Position numbers and translations under genes: made by a program
Source: Clostridiales bacterium
GTDB lineage: Bacteria; Bacillota; Clostridia; Saccharofermentanales; DTU023
NCBI GenBank assembly: GCA_004556925.1
Contig: SFFI01000013.1
Coordinates: forward strand, 11,563 to 75,562
Length of the DNA: 64,000 bases
Direction of reading: 5' to 3'
The notes under the pieces: generated by a model
Seen by the model: only the letters and a program-made list of their open reading frames with translations
Database searches by the model: none
Told to the model about the DNA's origin: nothing
Shown: piece after piece, positions 33,397 to 43,690 of the stretch
Numbering within the stretch: position 1 is the first letter of the stretch
How the letters are laid out: every line of letters starts with the position of its first letter

Positions 33397-35266
33397 GCTG
33401 GGTTCTCACTTCACGGCAGATGCCGGTGGCAAACTGCTGTACGCCGCATAAGTTACAGGCCTTCCGGCAAGACTTGGTCGTTTGGGCTTCCAGGGCCCGG
33501 TGTCTTTCACCCAGGAGGTAAGCCTTCTCCACGCCAGGGTCGATAAAGTCCCAGGGCAAGACCGCTTGCTCAGGGATGCTTGCACTCACCAGCTGGTCTA
33601 AGTCCAAGCCCACCTGGGCCATGGCCTGGGTCCAGCGCTCATAGGAAAAGTGTTGTCGCTCTCCTTCTAGCCAGGCACCGTCTTTATGGACCTTATAAAG
33701 CACCTGAGCCATGCGCCGGTCCCCCTTGGCCAGGGCTGCCTCAATCCGGGATGACTCATAACCATGCCATTGATAGCTAATGGCCGGATGGCGCAGTTTC
33801 TCCTGCAGAATTTTCACCTTATGATCCATTTCTTCCAGAGATATTTGTCCTTCCCATTGGAAGGGAGTCCAGGGTTTAGGAATAAAGATCGCGGTGGAGA
33901 CCGTAATATGTAAGCGACGTCTTTTTTGCTTGCGCCGACAAACGTCGGACCAGATCTCTAAGAGCTTGTAACAAAGGTCTGCAATGCCCCCGACATCCTC
34001 ATCCGTCTCCCCAGGCAGGCCTAGCATAAAATAGAGTTTGAGCCTTTCCCAACCCAAGTCAAAAGCATATTCTGCAGTCTCCATGAGGTCTGCCTCAAGA
34101 ATATTCTTATTGATACGGTCCCGGGCTGTCTGGCTACCCGCCTCCGGCGCAAAAGTCAGGCCGGACTTGCGGTTGGTAGCCACTTGATCTAAGAGGTCCA
34201 TGGACACAGAATCCAAACGCAGGGAAGGCAAAGAAAGATTCACGTGGTCTTCGCCATGCCGGTCTAAAATCTCCTGGCAGAGGGCATCTAAGTGGCTGTA
34301 ATCCCCAGTGGATAGGGATAAAAGGCCTATTTCTTCGTAGCCCGAATGGGCCAGCATGTAATCAGCCTGAGCCAGCAAAGTGTCTAAAGTCCTCTCCCGA
34401 ACAGGCCGGTAAATCATACCGGCCTGGCAAAAACGGCAGCCCGAAGCACAGCCCCGGTAGAGTTCCAGGAAAATTCGGTCATGGACAATTTCAATGTTGG
34501 GAACCAGAACATCAAGAGGGGTAAAGACTTGGTCTAAATTCTTGATCAAGCGTTTTTGAATGCGGGCAGGGACCTGGTCGGTCAAGGGTTGAAGCCTAAG
34601 AAAATGCCCTTTTTCATCGTATTCAGGCTGGTAAAGCGAGGGGACATAAATACCCGGAATTTGGCTGGCTTCCTGCAAAAGATGCTTTCTGGTCCAGCCT
34701 TGGGCTCTTGACCTGCGGTACAAGTCCATGAACTCTAGGAGGACTTCTTCGCCTTCGCCAATCATAATGACATCAAAGAAATCTGCCACAGGCTCGGAAT
34801 TATAGACACAAGGGCCCCCTGCGACAAGCAAGGGATCTTGGTCCGTCCGGTCTTTCTGCCACAGGGGGATCCCCGCCAGGGCCAGCATATCAAGGACGGT
34901 TGAATAGGAAAGCTCGTATTGCAGGGTAAAGCCCACAATATCAAAGGCTGCAAGGGATCTTTGGCTTTCCACACTAAAGGGCGGCAGGTGAGACTGCCGC
35001 ATATAGTCCCGCATATCTTCCATGGGGCAAAAGACCCGCTCACAGTAAACATCCTCCTGGGCATTCAGGAGGCCATAAATAATCCGCAAGGCTAGGTTAG
35101 ACATGCCCACTTCGTAAATATCGGGAAAGCAAAAGGCAAAATGAATGAGGGGCTGACCATTGGGGCCACGCTCCCCCTTTTCTACCATGTTCCACTCCCC
35201 TCCCAAATATTGTGCAGGCTTTTGAACCTGGCGCAAGAGTTGGCGTGTGAGTTCAACATTTTTCAT
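33389..35266 (-). CDS. B12-binding-domain radical SAM protein (TIGR03960-like)
   Basis: KPAQYLGGEWN N-terminus and the CxxxCxxC cluster motif (GCASGCRFCQAG). Confidence 0.85.
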   Translation of the reverse strand: MKNVELTRQLLRQVQKPAQYLGGEWNMVEKGERGPNGQPLIHFAFCFPDIYEVGMSNLALRIIYGLLNAQEDVYCERVFCPMEDMRDYMRQSHLPPFSVESQRSLAAFDIVGFTLQYELSYSTVLDMLALAGIPLWQKDRTDQDPLLVAGGPCVYNSEPVADFFDVIMIGEGEEVLLEFMDLYRRSRAQGWTRKHLLQEASQIPGIYVPSLYQPEYDEKGHFLRLQPLTDQVPARIQKRLIKNLDQVFTPLDVLVPNIEIVHDRIFLELYRGCASGCRFCQAGMIYRPVRERTLDTLLAQADYMLAHSGYEEIGLLSLSTGDYSHLDALCQEILDRHGEDHVNLSLPSLRLDSVSMDLLDQVATNRKSGLTFAPEAGSQTARDRINKNILEADLMETAEYAFDLGWERLKLYFMLGLPGETDEDVGGIADLCYKLLEIWSDVCRRKQKRRRLHITVSTAIFIPKPWTPFQWEGQISLEEMDHKVKILQEKLRHPAISYQWHGYESSRIEAALAKGDRRMAQVLYKVHKDGAWLEGERQHFSYERWTQAMAQVGLDLDQLVSASIPEQAVLPWDFIDPGVEKAYLLGERHRALEAQTTKSCRKACNLCGVQQFATGICREVRTQHG

Positions 35267-35296
35267 AAATTTTTATTAAGTAAATTCCTGCCGAGT

Positions 35297-36646
35297 TTAG
35301 ATACGGCCTTTTAATTGCTGCGCTAAGTCCTCCATGCCCGGCTTGCCCATGAGGGCGAACATATTTTTCTTATACGCTTCTACCCCCTCTTGGTCAAAGG
35401 GATTAATCGCATTCATATAACCGGAAACACCGCAGGCCGCCTCAAAGAAGAAAATTAGCATCCCCAGATTTTCTTCATCCAAACGATCCAGCGTCAACTT
35501 GAGGTTAGGCACTCCACCATCCGCATGGGCCAAAGCCGTGGCTTCCAGCGCAATATTTTGAATCTCGGAAAACTTTTTTCCCGCTAAATAATTCAGCTGG
35601 TCCTTATCTTCTGGGTCCTGAGGGATTTCCAAATCCCGCCTGGGCTCGGCCACGGACAAGAAAGTCTCAAACAAAATGCGAGATCCGTCCTGGAGGAATT
35701 GCCCCAGGGAGTGTAAGTCTGTCGAATAAGAGACAGAAGCGGGATAGATCCCCCGTTGGTCCTTACCCTCACTTTCACCAAAGAGCTGTTTCCACCACTC
35801 ACTGAAGCTTTTGAGCTCCTGGTCGAAAGAGGCTAAGACCTCTATGCGATAGCCCTTGCGGTAAAGGGCATTGCGGATCATGGCATAGCGAATAGCTGCT
35901 CCTTCTATATCTTCTTTCTCCAACTGCAGTTTATAATCTTGGGCACCCTGCATCATCCGCCCAATATCCAGGCCTGCAGCAGCCATGGGCAGGAGGCCTA
36001 CCGCTGTAAGCACCGAGTAGCGTCCGCCAATATTATCTGGAATAACAAAACTTTCGTAGCCCTTTTCGCTCGCGAGGGTTTTCAGTTTGCCTTTAGACTT
36101 ATCGGTGGTGGCGTAGATCCGGTTGGCGGCCTCCTTTTCCCCATACTTTGCCTCCATGAACTGGCGCAGGAGGCGGAAGGCCAGGGCTGATTCCAGGGTA
36201 CCGCCTGACTTGGAGACAATATTCAGTGAGAAGTCACGGTCTCCCAGATAATCCATGACGTCCAGATAGTAGGCGGGAGAAAGGTTATTGCCCAAATAGA
36301 GAATCTCCGGCAGATGCTGGGCCTTCCGAGAGTCTACAGTTTCCATCAAGGGGCCCCTAGCTTCAATAAAAGCCTTGGCACCCAGGTAAGAGCCCCCGAT
36401 ACCGGCAACAATCAGGACTTCACTTTCCTCACGGATTTTGGAAGCGCATTCTAAAATCCAGTCAAACTCCTCACGATCGTAATTTATCGGTAGGTCAAAC
36501 CAGCCTAAGAAATCTTGGCCAGGTCCTCCCCCATTTTTGATCAGGTCCCAAGCCGCTTGGGCTTGACCCTGCAGGTACTCTAATTCATGAGGGACTAAAA
36601 AATTTTGCAAGTGCTTGACATCAAGATCTAACACGTGTGCTTCCAC
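35297..36646 (-). CDS. pgi: Glucose-6-phosphate isomerase
   Basis: GIGGSYLG, SKSGGT.E and GGRYSVL..VGLLP motifs. Confidence 0.95.
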   Translation of the reverse strand: MEAHVLDLDVKHLQNFLVPHELEYLQGQAQAAWDLIKNGGGPGQDFLGWFDLPINYDREEFDWILECASKIREESEVLIVAGIGGSYLGAKAFIEARGPLMETVDSRKAQHLPEILYLGNNLSPAYYLDVMDYLGDRDFSLNIVSKSGGTLESALAFRLLRQFMEAKYGEKEAANRIYATTDKSKGKLKTLASEKGYESFVIPDNIGGRYSVLTAVGLLPMAAAGLDIGRMMQGAQDYKLQLEKEDIEGAAIRYAMIRNALYRKGYRIEVLASFDQELKSFSEWWKQLFGESEGKDQRGIYPASVSYSTDLHSLGQFLQDGSRILFETFLSVAEPRRDLEIPQDPEDKDQLNYLAGKKFSEIQNIALEATALAHADGGVPNLKLTLDRLDEENLGMLIFFFEAACGVSGYMNAINPFDQEGVEAYKKNMFALMGKPGMEDLAQQLKGRI

Positions 36647-36681
36647 CTTTCTAAGATGCTTACGCTCTCTTTTTATGAGGC

Positions 36682-37716
36682 TTAAGTCCTATGGTAACCT
36701 AATTCTTCCATGGTTATGAGGCCCTTTTCCACCGCTTCATCTCGGATGGCCGCATAAAACTCGGCCTGGGCCTGGTGGTAGCGGCTATCCACAAACAAAT
36801 AGAGGAAGGGCAATAAAACTGCGCTCAGGGTCAAAAGGAAGGGCGCCAAGATTATGGGAAGTAAAAGCCAGGGGAGATAAGAAACTGCCAATAAGAGTAG
36901 GGCTCCCTTCTTACCCTGCATAAGCTTCTCACTCAGCTCCAAGGCTCTTTGTCCGCCTATTTGGGGATTATCGGCTAAAAACCAATCGGCTTGACTGTAG
37001 CTCAGCCGTTTAGAAATATAGAGGACAAGCGACAAAAAAAAGAGGGTCACCAGGACAAAGCCCAAAAAGCCAAAATCTTGCCATTCTGTCTGAAAATAGA
37101 TATCCGCCTGGTCTGGATTGCTATCGAAGAGATAATTGATGGTTAAATTCTGCTTCAATATCTGCCAATTCATATAGCCAACACCCAGAGTAAGGAGGTA
37201 AAGGGGTAACCCCCAGAGCCAGAGGCGAAAATTCTTGTAGAAGCAAGCTTTCACTGTGGTTTGATAAGTGTCTTGCTTAAAAAAGGAAAAAAGCAAGCGG
37301 CTAGATGGGGTCGGCCTCAACCCATCAGTACTTGTGAGCTCTCGGTTGCGCGAAAACCAACGGCGGTAGCCCTCCCTGATGATGGCATCAAAGAAGATAA
37401 AAAGGAGCCAGCCCAGTAGCATAGATAATACCGAAGCCGCTACAAGCTTAGGCACATTCTGTTCTAAGCTTTGGAGGATTTCCCCCTGTTTAGCCTGGTC
37501 GGAAAAACTTAAGTCCTGAATGAGCTGATCCAGGCTAGCCCAGTTTTCTCCCATCACAATTCCGCTCAGCCAAGACCGCAGAGTCTTAACCAGTCCAACT
37601 GCAAAATTTAAAATGAGGGCCATACGCAAAGAGGGCCACAGAGTAGCCTTATGGATGTTACGAGTACGCTCGAGTAATTCCTTATTGGTATAGCGCATAG
37701 GAGTCTCCTTGCTCAT
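36682..37716 (-). CDS. Polytopic membrane protein, possibly DUF975-like
   Basis: Multiple TM segments. The N-terminal YTNKELLERTR...ATLWPSL pattern is reminiscent of DUF975, but the family call is weak. Confidence 0.45.
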   Translation of the reverse strand: MSKETPMRYTNKELLERTRNIHKATLWPSLRMALILNFAVGLVKTLRSWLSGIVMGENWASLDQLIQDLSFSDQAKQGEILQSLEQNVPKLVAASVLSMLLGWLLFIFFDAIIREGYRRWFSRNRELTSTDGLRPTPSSRLLFSFFKQDTYQTTVKACFYKNFRLWLWGLPLYLLTLGVGYMNWQILKQNLTINYLFDSNPDQADIYFQTEWQDFGFLGFVLVTLFFLSLVLYISKRLSYSQADWFLADNPQIGGQRALELSEKLMQGKKGALLLLAVSYLPWLLLPIILAPFLLTLSAVLLPFLYLFVDSRYHQAQAEFYAAIRDEAVEKGLITMEELGYHRT

Positions 37717-37756
37717 AAAAGTCTTTTAACCAGTATAACACTGACCGAAATAGGAC

Positions 37757-40162
37757 TTAGGTCACATCAAAGTAAAAGGCATCCTGACGGTAGCCTACTT
37801 TGACGCCAGATTTATTTTCTAATTGACCAGACAGCAAGAGGTCAGACAGCTGGTCTTCAATTTCCCGCTGGATCGTCTTGCGTAGAGGCCTGGCCCCAAA
37901 CTTAGGATCATAGCCCTTCTCAGAGAGGGCATCCTTAGCAGCAGGCGTCACCTCCAATTGATAGCCTGACAGCTCCATAGACTTTTCTACCTCTTCGAGC
38001 ATCAGACTGACGATTTGCCGCAGGTCCTTCTTGGTCAGAGATTCAAAGATCACGATATCATCAATACGGTTGAGGAACTCGGGGCGGAAGATATCTTTGA
38101 GGACGGTATCAACCCGGGCCTTCATGGAGATATCGTTATTCTTTCCAAAACCTAAGCCTTGGGCCTTGAGGCTAGTCCCCGCGTTGGAGGTCATGAGGAT
38201 AACGGTATTGGCAAAATTCACCACCCGGCCATGGCTGTCTGTCAGGCGACCGTCATCCAAAATTTGCAGGAGCATGTTGTAGACATCCGCATGGGCCTTT
38301 TCAATTTCATCCAAGAGGATAACGGAGTAGGGATGGCGGCGGATCTTCTCGGTTAATTGGCCCCCATCATCATAGCCCACATAGCCCGGAGGAGACCCAA
38401 TGAGCTTGGAAACTGTATGGGCTTCCATGAACTCGGACATATCTAAGCGAACCAGGGCGGTTTCGTCCTCAAAGAGGACTTCTGCTAAGGCCTTGGCCAA
38501 TTCTGTCTTTCCGACACCGGTAGGCCCAACAAAGAGGAAGGAAGCCGGTTTATCCTTTTTGCCAAAGCCAGCCCGCTTACGCCGGATGGCCTGGGATAGG
38601 GCGGTCACGGCTTTATCTTGGCCGACAACCCGCTGGTGTAGGCGTTCTTCTAAGTGCAGGAGCTTTTCCCCTTCACTTTCGGTAATCGATTTAACCGGAA
38701 TCCCCGTCCACATTTCTACCACAGAAGCAATATCATCCTCCGTGATTTCCACAGGCTTGAAGTGGTCTTGGAGTTCCTCAAATTCCTTATTGATGCGCAT
38801 TTCCTCAGAGCGCATGGTCGCCTGCTGTTCAAAAACTTTCAGCCGGTCTTCCTCTGACAGGTCTTGGCGCAATTGGTCATTGAGTTCTTCCAAGTCCTCC
38901 TGGATGACGGCTAAACGGTCATGGTCCTGCTTCATCTTGACCAAATCCTGGTTATCCAGGTTCACACGCGACCCCGCCTCATCCAAGAGGTCAATCGCCT
39001 TATCAGGCAGGAACCTATCCTGGATGTAGCGCACAGAAAGCCGCACAGCGGTTTCTAGGGTCTCATCAGAATAATGGACATGATGGTGATCTTCATAATA
39101 GCCCTTGATGCCTTTAAGGATCTCTAGGCTATCTTCGGGGGAGGGTTCGTCTACAATCACCTTCTGGAACCGTCTCTCCAAAGCTGTATCCTTCTCGATG
39201 AAGCGTCGGTATTCATCCAGGGTAGTCGCCCCAATCACTGAGATTTCACCCTGGGCCAAGGCAGGTTTCAGAATATTGGCCGCATTCATGGCACCTTCTG
39301 CATCACCAGCCCCCATGATGTTATGCAATTCATCAATCACTAAAATGACATTCCCCGACTGCTTGGCGTCTTCTACCACACCCTTCATGCGGTTTTCAAA
39401 TTGGCCACGGAACTGAGTCCCCGCCACCATAGCCGTCATATCTAGCTGATAGACTTCCTTATCTAGGAGCTTGGCCGGAACCTGGCCCTGGGCAATGCGG
39501 AGGGCTAAACCCTGCGCAATGGCCGTCTTCCCTACACCGGGTTCTCCCAGGAGGACAGGGTTATTTTTGCTGCGGCGGTTCAGGATTTGGACAACCCGGT
39601 CCAATTCCTTTTGCCGCCCCACAATTTTATCAATTTTGCCTTCCTGGGCTTCCAGCGTGAGGTTGGAGCCAAATTGGTCCAAGAATTTCTTTTTCCGCTC
39701 ACGCTTCTTGGGCCGGCGGTCTCCGGCTGCCCGGTCATTAGCCTGGGCTTTGGCGGGCTCTCCCTCCCGTGCGGTAGAGACATTCATCAGTTCACCTAAA
39801 ACGTTCGCTAGGCCAGTCTGGCCCTCCTCAGAATCTTCAGCATTATCCCCTAAGACAGAGCCGGACAGATCCTTGAGGCTCTCTAAGGCATCATTAATAT
39901 TGAAATCAGAATCCATGAGGGATTTAAGCAGGAAATTGGCCTGATCCCCACCTAATTGGGTGATCATCTCATTGATGCGGCCTTGGATTTCCCCCACATT
40001 GTCCCGATTAATACCCGAGCGGGCAAAGGCTTCTTCCAAGCCGGCAATGTTCTTTTTGAGGGCACACTCCAAGCAGATACCCTCGCTAATGCGTTTATCC
40101 CCTTCAATGCGGGTCAAAATGATCACCGCTTCATTTACTTTACAAATTTGACACTTTGGCAT
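37757..40162 (-). CDS. Clp/Hsp100 double-AAA+ ATPase with an N-terminal CxxC...CxxC zinc ribbon (ClpE-like); no Clp_N repeats
   Basis: Two Walker A sites (GEPGVGKT, GPTGVGKT), a coiled-coil linker, and N-terminal KCQICK...CLEC. Confidence 0.85.
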   Translation of the reverse strand: MPKCQICKVNEAVIILTRIEGDKRISEGICLECALKKNIAGLEEAFARSGINRDNVGEIQGRINEMITQLGGDQANFLLKSLMDSDFNINDALESLKDLSGSVLGDNAEDSEEGQTGLANVLGELMNVSTAREGEPAKAQANDRAAGDRRPKKRERKKKFLDQFGSNLTLEAQEGKIDKIVGRQKELDRVVQILNRRSKNNPVLLGEPGVGKTAIAQGLALRIAQGQVPAKLLDKEVYQLDMTAMVAGTQFRGQFENRMKGVVEDAKQSGNVILVIDELHNIMGAGDAEGAMNAANILKPALAQGEISVIGATTLDEYRRFIEKDTALERRFQKVIVDEPSPEDSLEILKGIKGYYEDHHHVHYSDETLETAVRLSVRYIQDRFLPDKAIDLLDEAGSRVNLDNQDLVKMKQDHDRLAVIQEDLEELNDQLRQDLSEEDRLKVFEQQATMRSEEMRINKEFEELQDHFKPVEITEDDIASVVEMWTGIPVKSITESEGEKLLHLEERLHQRVVGQDKAVTALSQAIRRKRAGFGKKDKPASFLFVGPTGVGKTELAKALAEVLFEDETALVRLDMSEFMEAHTVSKLIGSPPGYVGYDDGGQLTEKIRRHPYSVILLDEIEKAHADVYNMLLQILDDGRLTDSHGRVVNFANTVILMTSNAGTSLKAQGLGFGKNNDISMKARVDTVLKDIFRPEFLNRIDDIVIFESLTKKDLRQIVSLMLEEVEKSMELSGYQLEVTPAAKDALSEKGYDPKFGARPLRKTIQREIEDQLSDLLLSGQLENKSGVKVGYRQDAFYFDVT

Positions 40163-43052
40163 AGTTTACTTCCTTTATCTTTTCCACCGGTGCTAAGACC
40201 TCTTTGAGGTAAAAGCCCGTGTAAGAACCTTCTACTTGTGCGACCTCTTCGGGGCTACCACTCGCAACAAGTTGGCCGCCCCCCTCGCCTCCCTCAGGAC
40301 CAAGGTCTATTATATAATCTGCATTCTTGATGACATCTAGATTGTGTTCAATGACCAAAACAGTGTTGCCATTTTTAGTCAGCCTCTGCAAGATGTCAAC
40401 CAAAAGATGGACGTCCGCCGCGTGTAAGCCGGTTGTCGGCTCATCCAAAATATAAAAGGTACGGCCGGTCGAACGTCTGGCTAGCTCTGTGGCCAACTTG
40501 ATCCGTTGGGCTTCACCTCCAGATAAGGTGGTAGAGTTTTGCCCCAACTGGATGTAACCTAGGCCGACATCCACCAAGGTCTGCAGTTTGCGTTGGATAC
40601 TGGGGATATTCTGGAAAAAGATGAGGGCTTCCCCCACGGTCATCTCCAGGACATCCGCAATGGTCTTGTCTTTATACTTCACTTCCAAGGTTTCACGGTT
40701 ATAACGCTTCCCCTGGCAGACTTCGCATTTTACATATACATCCGGCAGAAAGTGCATTTCGATTTTTTCTACCCCATCCCCCTTGCAGGACTCACAGCGA
40801 CCGCCCTTCACATTAAAGGAAAAACGTCCAGCCGCATAGCCGCGTGCTTTGGCCATGGGGGTAGCGGCAAAAAGTTTGCGAATATCATCAAACACGCCTG
40901 TATAGGTCGCGGGGTTCGAGCGCGGGGTCCTTCCAATGGGCGACTGGTCTATGGAAATCACCTTGTCCAAGTATTCTGCGCCCTCCACTTTTCGGTAATT
41001 GCCCTGCTTGGCACGTGCCAAGTTAAGTTTTGACCGCAGGTACTTCTCGATAATCCCATTGACCAAAGAGGACTTACCCGAGCCCGAAACGCCGGTCACG
41101 CAGGTAAATACCCCCAAGGGAATGGCAACATCTAAATTCTTAAGATTATGCTCCGAGCAGCCGTAAAAACGCAGAAACTCGTCGCCTAAGGGCCGACGCT
41201 TTTCGGGTACAGCAATCGCTTGCCGTCCAGACAGGTAGGCCCCCGTTATAGAATCTGGCACAGCCTCTACGGCTTCTACTGAGCCTTGGGCGACCAAGTG
41301 TCCGCCGTGGACACCTGCGCCCGGTCCTATATCAATAATGGTATCCGCCTCTCGAATCGTCTCTTCATCGTGCTCCACGACAATGACACTATTCCCTTGG
41401 TCGCGTAGGCGCTTGAGGCTAGATAAAAGTTTACGGTTATCTCTTTGATGCAGTCCAATTGAGGGTTCGTCCAAGACATAGACCACGCCCGTGAGGCCAG
41501 AACCAATCTGCGTTGCCAAGCGAATACGTTGGGCCTCACCTCCAGATAAGGTGCCGGCTGCCCTGGCTAATGTTAGGTAATCTAAGCCCACATCAATCAG
41601 AAATTGCAGGCGGTTCAACAGCTCCCGCATGATGGGCGCCGCGATTTTCTCTTGGTAGGCAGTCCACTCCAAGCTATCTAAAAAATGCCTAGCCTCTGTA
41701 ATAGAGAGCTGGGTAAATTCGTAAATATTGAGGTCTTTTATCTTGATCGACAAAACCTCAGGTTTCAGCCTTGCACCCTGACAAACCGGACATGCGCTGA
41801 TCGATAAATAGGGGGCATATTCATCACGGTAGTCCTCTGACCCATGCGCCCGGAAGCGGTCATTCATGGATGGAACCACTCCCACCCAGGAGCGGTAGTA
41901 GGGCTTCTTGCGGTGGTAGGGCGTACGGGAGGTATCAATTTCCATACGCTTACCCTTGTTGCCAAAAAGCACCAGGTCCTGGATATCTGAGGGCAGGTCT
42001 TGCCAGGGCGTATCCAGAGAGAAATCGTATTCCTTGGCCAAGGCCTCAATAAAAGCCCGGCCCCAGGACTTGCGGTCAGCAAAGTTCCAACCAATGACCT
42101 TGATGGCCCCCTCATTTAGAGAGAGTGAGGGATCCTGAACCACTAGGTCAGGATCTATTTCCGTTAGCTGGCCCAAGCCCAAGCAATGGGGGCAGGCCCC
42201 CAGGGGATTGTTAAAGGAAAAGAGCCGAGGCGAAACTTCCGCCAGGCTAATATCACAGTGCGGGCATGAAAAGTTCATAGAGAAGACTTCTTCCCTAGAG
42301 TCATAGCCTTCTCCGTCCGCCTTTGGCTCCTGCACAATAATATTGGCTAGGCCCTGGCCCAGGCTTAAAGCCAGCTCCAGGGAGTCAGCCAGGCGGGCCT
42401 CAACATCTGGCCTTATAACGAGCCGGTCAACCACCACGTCCAGGTCATGCTTCTTATTTTTTGCCAAACGAAAGTCGTCAGGCAGGCTGTCCAGCTCTAT
42501 CAGGTCTCCATCAATTCTCACGCGCACGTAGCCATCCTTGCGGAGCTTTTGAATTTCCTTGTGATACTCGCCCTTACGTGAGCGTACCAAGGGCCCCATA
42601 ATGATCAGCCAGCTACCCTCAGGGTAAGTCAGGATCTTCTGCAACATCTGGTCTATAGATTGGGGCTCAATCAAGCGCCCACACTGTGGGCAGTAAACAT
42701 CGCCCAGCCTGGCATAGAGCAGACGGAGATAGTCATAGATTTCCGTGACAGTAGCTACCGTAGACCGGGGGTTACGGCTAGTCGTTTTTTGGTCTATGGC
42801 TATGGTCGGCGATAAACCTTCAATGGAATCACAATCTGGCTTTTGCATCTGCCCCAAAAACAAGCGGGCATAGGAAGAAAGCGACTCCACATAGCGGCGC
42901 TGGCCTTCCGCATAAATGGTATCAAAAGCTAGGGAGGATTTTCCGGAACCTGAAAGCCCCGTAATCACCACTAGCTGGTTACGAGGTATATCAATATTAA
43001 AATTTTTCAAGTTGTGCTCTCGGGCACCCACTATCTTAATTACGTCGTTCAT
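40140..43052 (-). CDS. uvrA: Excinuclease ABC subunit A
   Basis: [14 protein letters not shown], two ABC signatures (LSGGEAQR twice) and zinc modules. It overlaps the clp start by 23 nt. Confidence 0.97.
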   Translation of the reverse strand: MNDVIKIVGAREHNLKNFNIDIPRNQLVVITGLSGSGKSSLAFDTIYAEGQRRYVESLSSYARLFLGQMQKPDCDSIEGLSPTIAIDQKTTSRNPRSTVATVTEIYDYLRLLYARLGDVYCPQCGRLIEPQSIDQMLQKILTYPEGSWLIIMGPLVRSRKGEYHKEIQKLRKDGYVRVRIDGDLIELDSLPDDFRLAKNKKHDLDVVVDRLVIRPDVEARLADSLELALSLGQGLANIIVQEPKADGEGYDSREEVFSMNFSCPHCDISLAEVSPRLFSFNNPLGACPHCLGLGQLTEIDPDLVVQDPSLSLNEGAIKVIGWNFADRKSWGRAFIEALAKEYDFSLDTPWQDLPSDIQDLVLFGNKGKRMEIDTSRTPYHRKKPYYRSWVGVVPSMNDRFRAHGSEDYRDEYAPYLSISACPVCQGARLKPEVLSIKIKDLNIYEFTQLSITEARHFLDSLEWTAYQEKIAAPIMRELLNRLQFLIDVGLDYLTLARAAGTLSGGEAQRIRLATQIGSGLTGVVYVLDEPSIGLHQRDNRKLLSSLKRLRDQGNSVIVVEHDEETIREADTIIDIGPGAGVHGGHLVAQGSVEAVEAVPDSITGAYLSGRQAIAVPEKRRPLGDEFLRFYGCSEHNLKNLDVAIPLGVFTCVTGVSGSGKSSLVNGIIEKYLRSKLNLARAKQGNYRKVEGAEYLDKVISIDQSPIGRTPRSNPATYTGVFDDIRKLFAATPMAKARGYAAGRFSFNVKGGRCESCKGDGVEKIEMHFLPDVYVKCEVCQGKRYNRETLEVKYKDKTIADVLEMTVGEALIFFQNIPSIQRKLQTLVDVGLGYIQLGQNSTTLSGGEAQRIKLATELARRSTGRTFYILDEPTTGLHAADVHLLVDILQRLTKNGNTVLVIEHNLDVIKNADYIIDLGPEGGEGGGQLVASGSPEEVAQVEGSYTGFYLKEVLAPVEKIKEVNYAKVSNL

Positions 43053-43167
43053 CTTTAATAGTTTATCCTATGTCCGTGAATAACTTGGTAACAATTACGA
43101 AATTGCTGTGGCAGTCTCAGCTCGAGAGTGCTAAACCCAGGATAACAAAGATGCCAAGACTAAGAAA

Positions 43168-43256
43168 GTCCAAATTAAGAGCGTCTTAGCTAAGGAGAAC
43201 CAAACTAGAGCAGTCCTGATTAAGAGCGTCCTAGCCAAGGCGGTCGAACTAGTGCA
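43168..43256. repeat. Imperfect tandem duplication (45 + 44 bp)
   Basis: gtccaaATTAAGAGCGTCtTAGCtAAGG...AACTAGaGCA (43168-43212) versus gtcctgATTAAGAGCGTCcTAGCcAAGG...AACTAGtGCA (43213-43256); roughly three quarters identical by eye. Confidence 0.6.
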
Positions 43257-43295
43257 CAAAAAGCAACAAGCTCTGCGGCAGGAAAACCACAGAGC
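43256..43295 (-). terminator. Intrinsic terminator downstream of tRNA-Glu
   Basis: On the minus strand: GCTCTGTGG-loop-CCGCAGAGC (9 bp including one G-U) followed by TTGTTGCTTTTT. Confidence 0.6.
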
Positions 43296-43300
43296 TCGTC

Positions 43301-43376
43301 TGGTGACCCTAAGGGGAATCGAACCCCTGATTCCGCCGTGAGAGGGCGGCGTCTTGAACCGCTTGACCATAGGGCC
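43301..43376 (-). tRNA. tRNA-Glu (anticodon CUC) with encoded CCA
   Basis: The reverse complement GGCCCTATGGTCAAGCGGTTCAAGACGCCGCCCTCTCACGGCGGAATCAGGGGTTCGATTCCCCTTAGGGTCACCA folds as a cloverleaf. The anticodon loop is CTCTCAC and the T-loop is GGTTCGATTCC. Confidence 0.9.
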
Positions 43377-43387
43377 ATAACTCGTTG

Positions 43388-43416
43388 AGTTTACACTAAA
43401 TTTTTCAGATAAGCAA
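43388..43416 (-). promoter_or_regulatory. Candidate promoter of tRNA-Glu
   Basis: On the minus strand: TTGCTT, 17 nt, TAAACT, ending about 11 nt before the tRNA 5' end. Confidence 0.5.
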
Positions 43417-43539
43417 ATTTTTCCCCAAAAAGGCCAGAGTAGCTAAAGTGAAAAAGTAAGTTCCACTTCCACACTAAAGGGTGGGGAGTTGCATTTAGCC
43501 TTACAAGAAATTTTACCGAAAATTAAATCCTACACTCCT

Positions 43540-43674
43540 CAGGTTTTTGAGGCTTGTTGACTTTGTGGGCGGGCTTCATGAACTGTCAATGGTCTTTAAC
43601 CGCTTTGCGGCGCCGAAGGCGCCATTGACAGTTCATGTGGTCCGGCCATAGTTTAAGCAAGCCTCAAAAACCTG
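43540..43674. repeat. 135-bp nested inverted repeat (long hairpin)
   Basis: Outer perfect 17-bp arms: CAGGTTTTTGAGGCTTG (43540-43556) / CAAGCCTCAAAAACCTG (43658-43674). Inner perfect 16-bp arms: CATGAACTGTCAATGG (43577-43592) / CCATTGACAGTTCATG (43622-43637). The apex has CCGC-TTT-GCGG and GGCGCC-GAA-GGCGCC. Confidence 0.85.
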
Positions 43675-43690
43675 CACAATAAATTGACAG

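Noticed and set aside
38400-39029. A 209-aa plus-strand ORF antisense to the Clp ATPase gene. Similar long antisense or alternate-frame ORFs occur at 29190-29780, 28615-29070, 39471-39944, 40593-41033, 22316-22756, 6914-7408, 23213-23584, 10790-11158 and 12703-13053.
   Set aside because: All lie entirely inside strongly supported minus-strand genes. Their composition is low-complexity and Ser/Arg/Pro-rich, as is typical of antisense frames, and I recognise no motifs in them. I treat them as shadow ORFs.
43131-43370. A 79-aa minus-strand ORF with internally repetitive peptide (ARTLLIRTALV / AKTLLIWTFLV).
   Set aside because: It starts inside tRNA-Glu and reads through the tRNA terminator. Its internal repeat simply mirrors the 45/44-bp DNA duplication.
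43540-43674. Reading the large hairpin as a retron msr/msd, or as coding for the mirror-image mini-ORFs MNCQWSLTALRRRRRH / MNCQWRLRRRKAVKDH.
   Set aside because: There is no reverse transcriptase gene nearby. The two 16-codon ORFs exist only because the sequence is palindromic, and they lack ribosome-binding sites.
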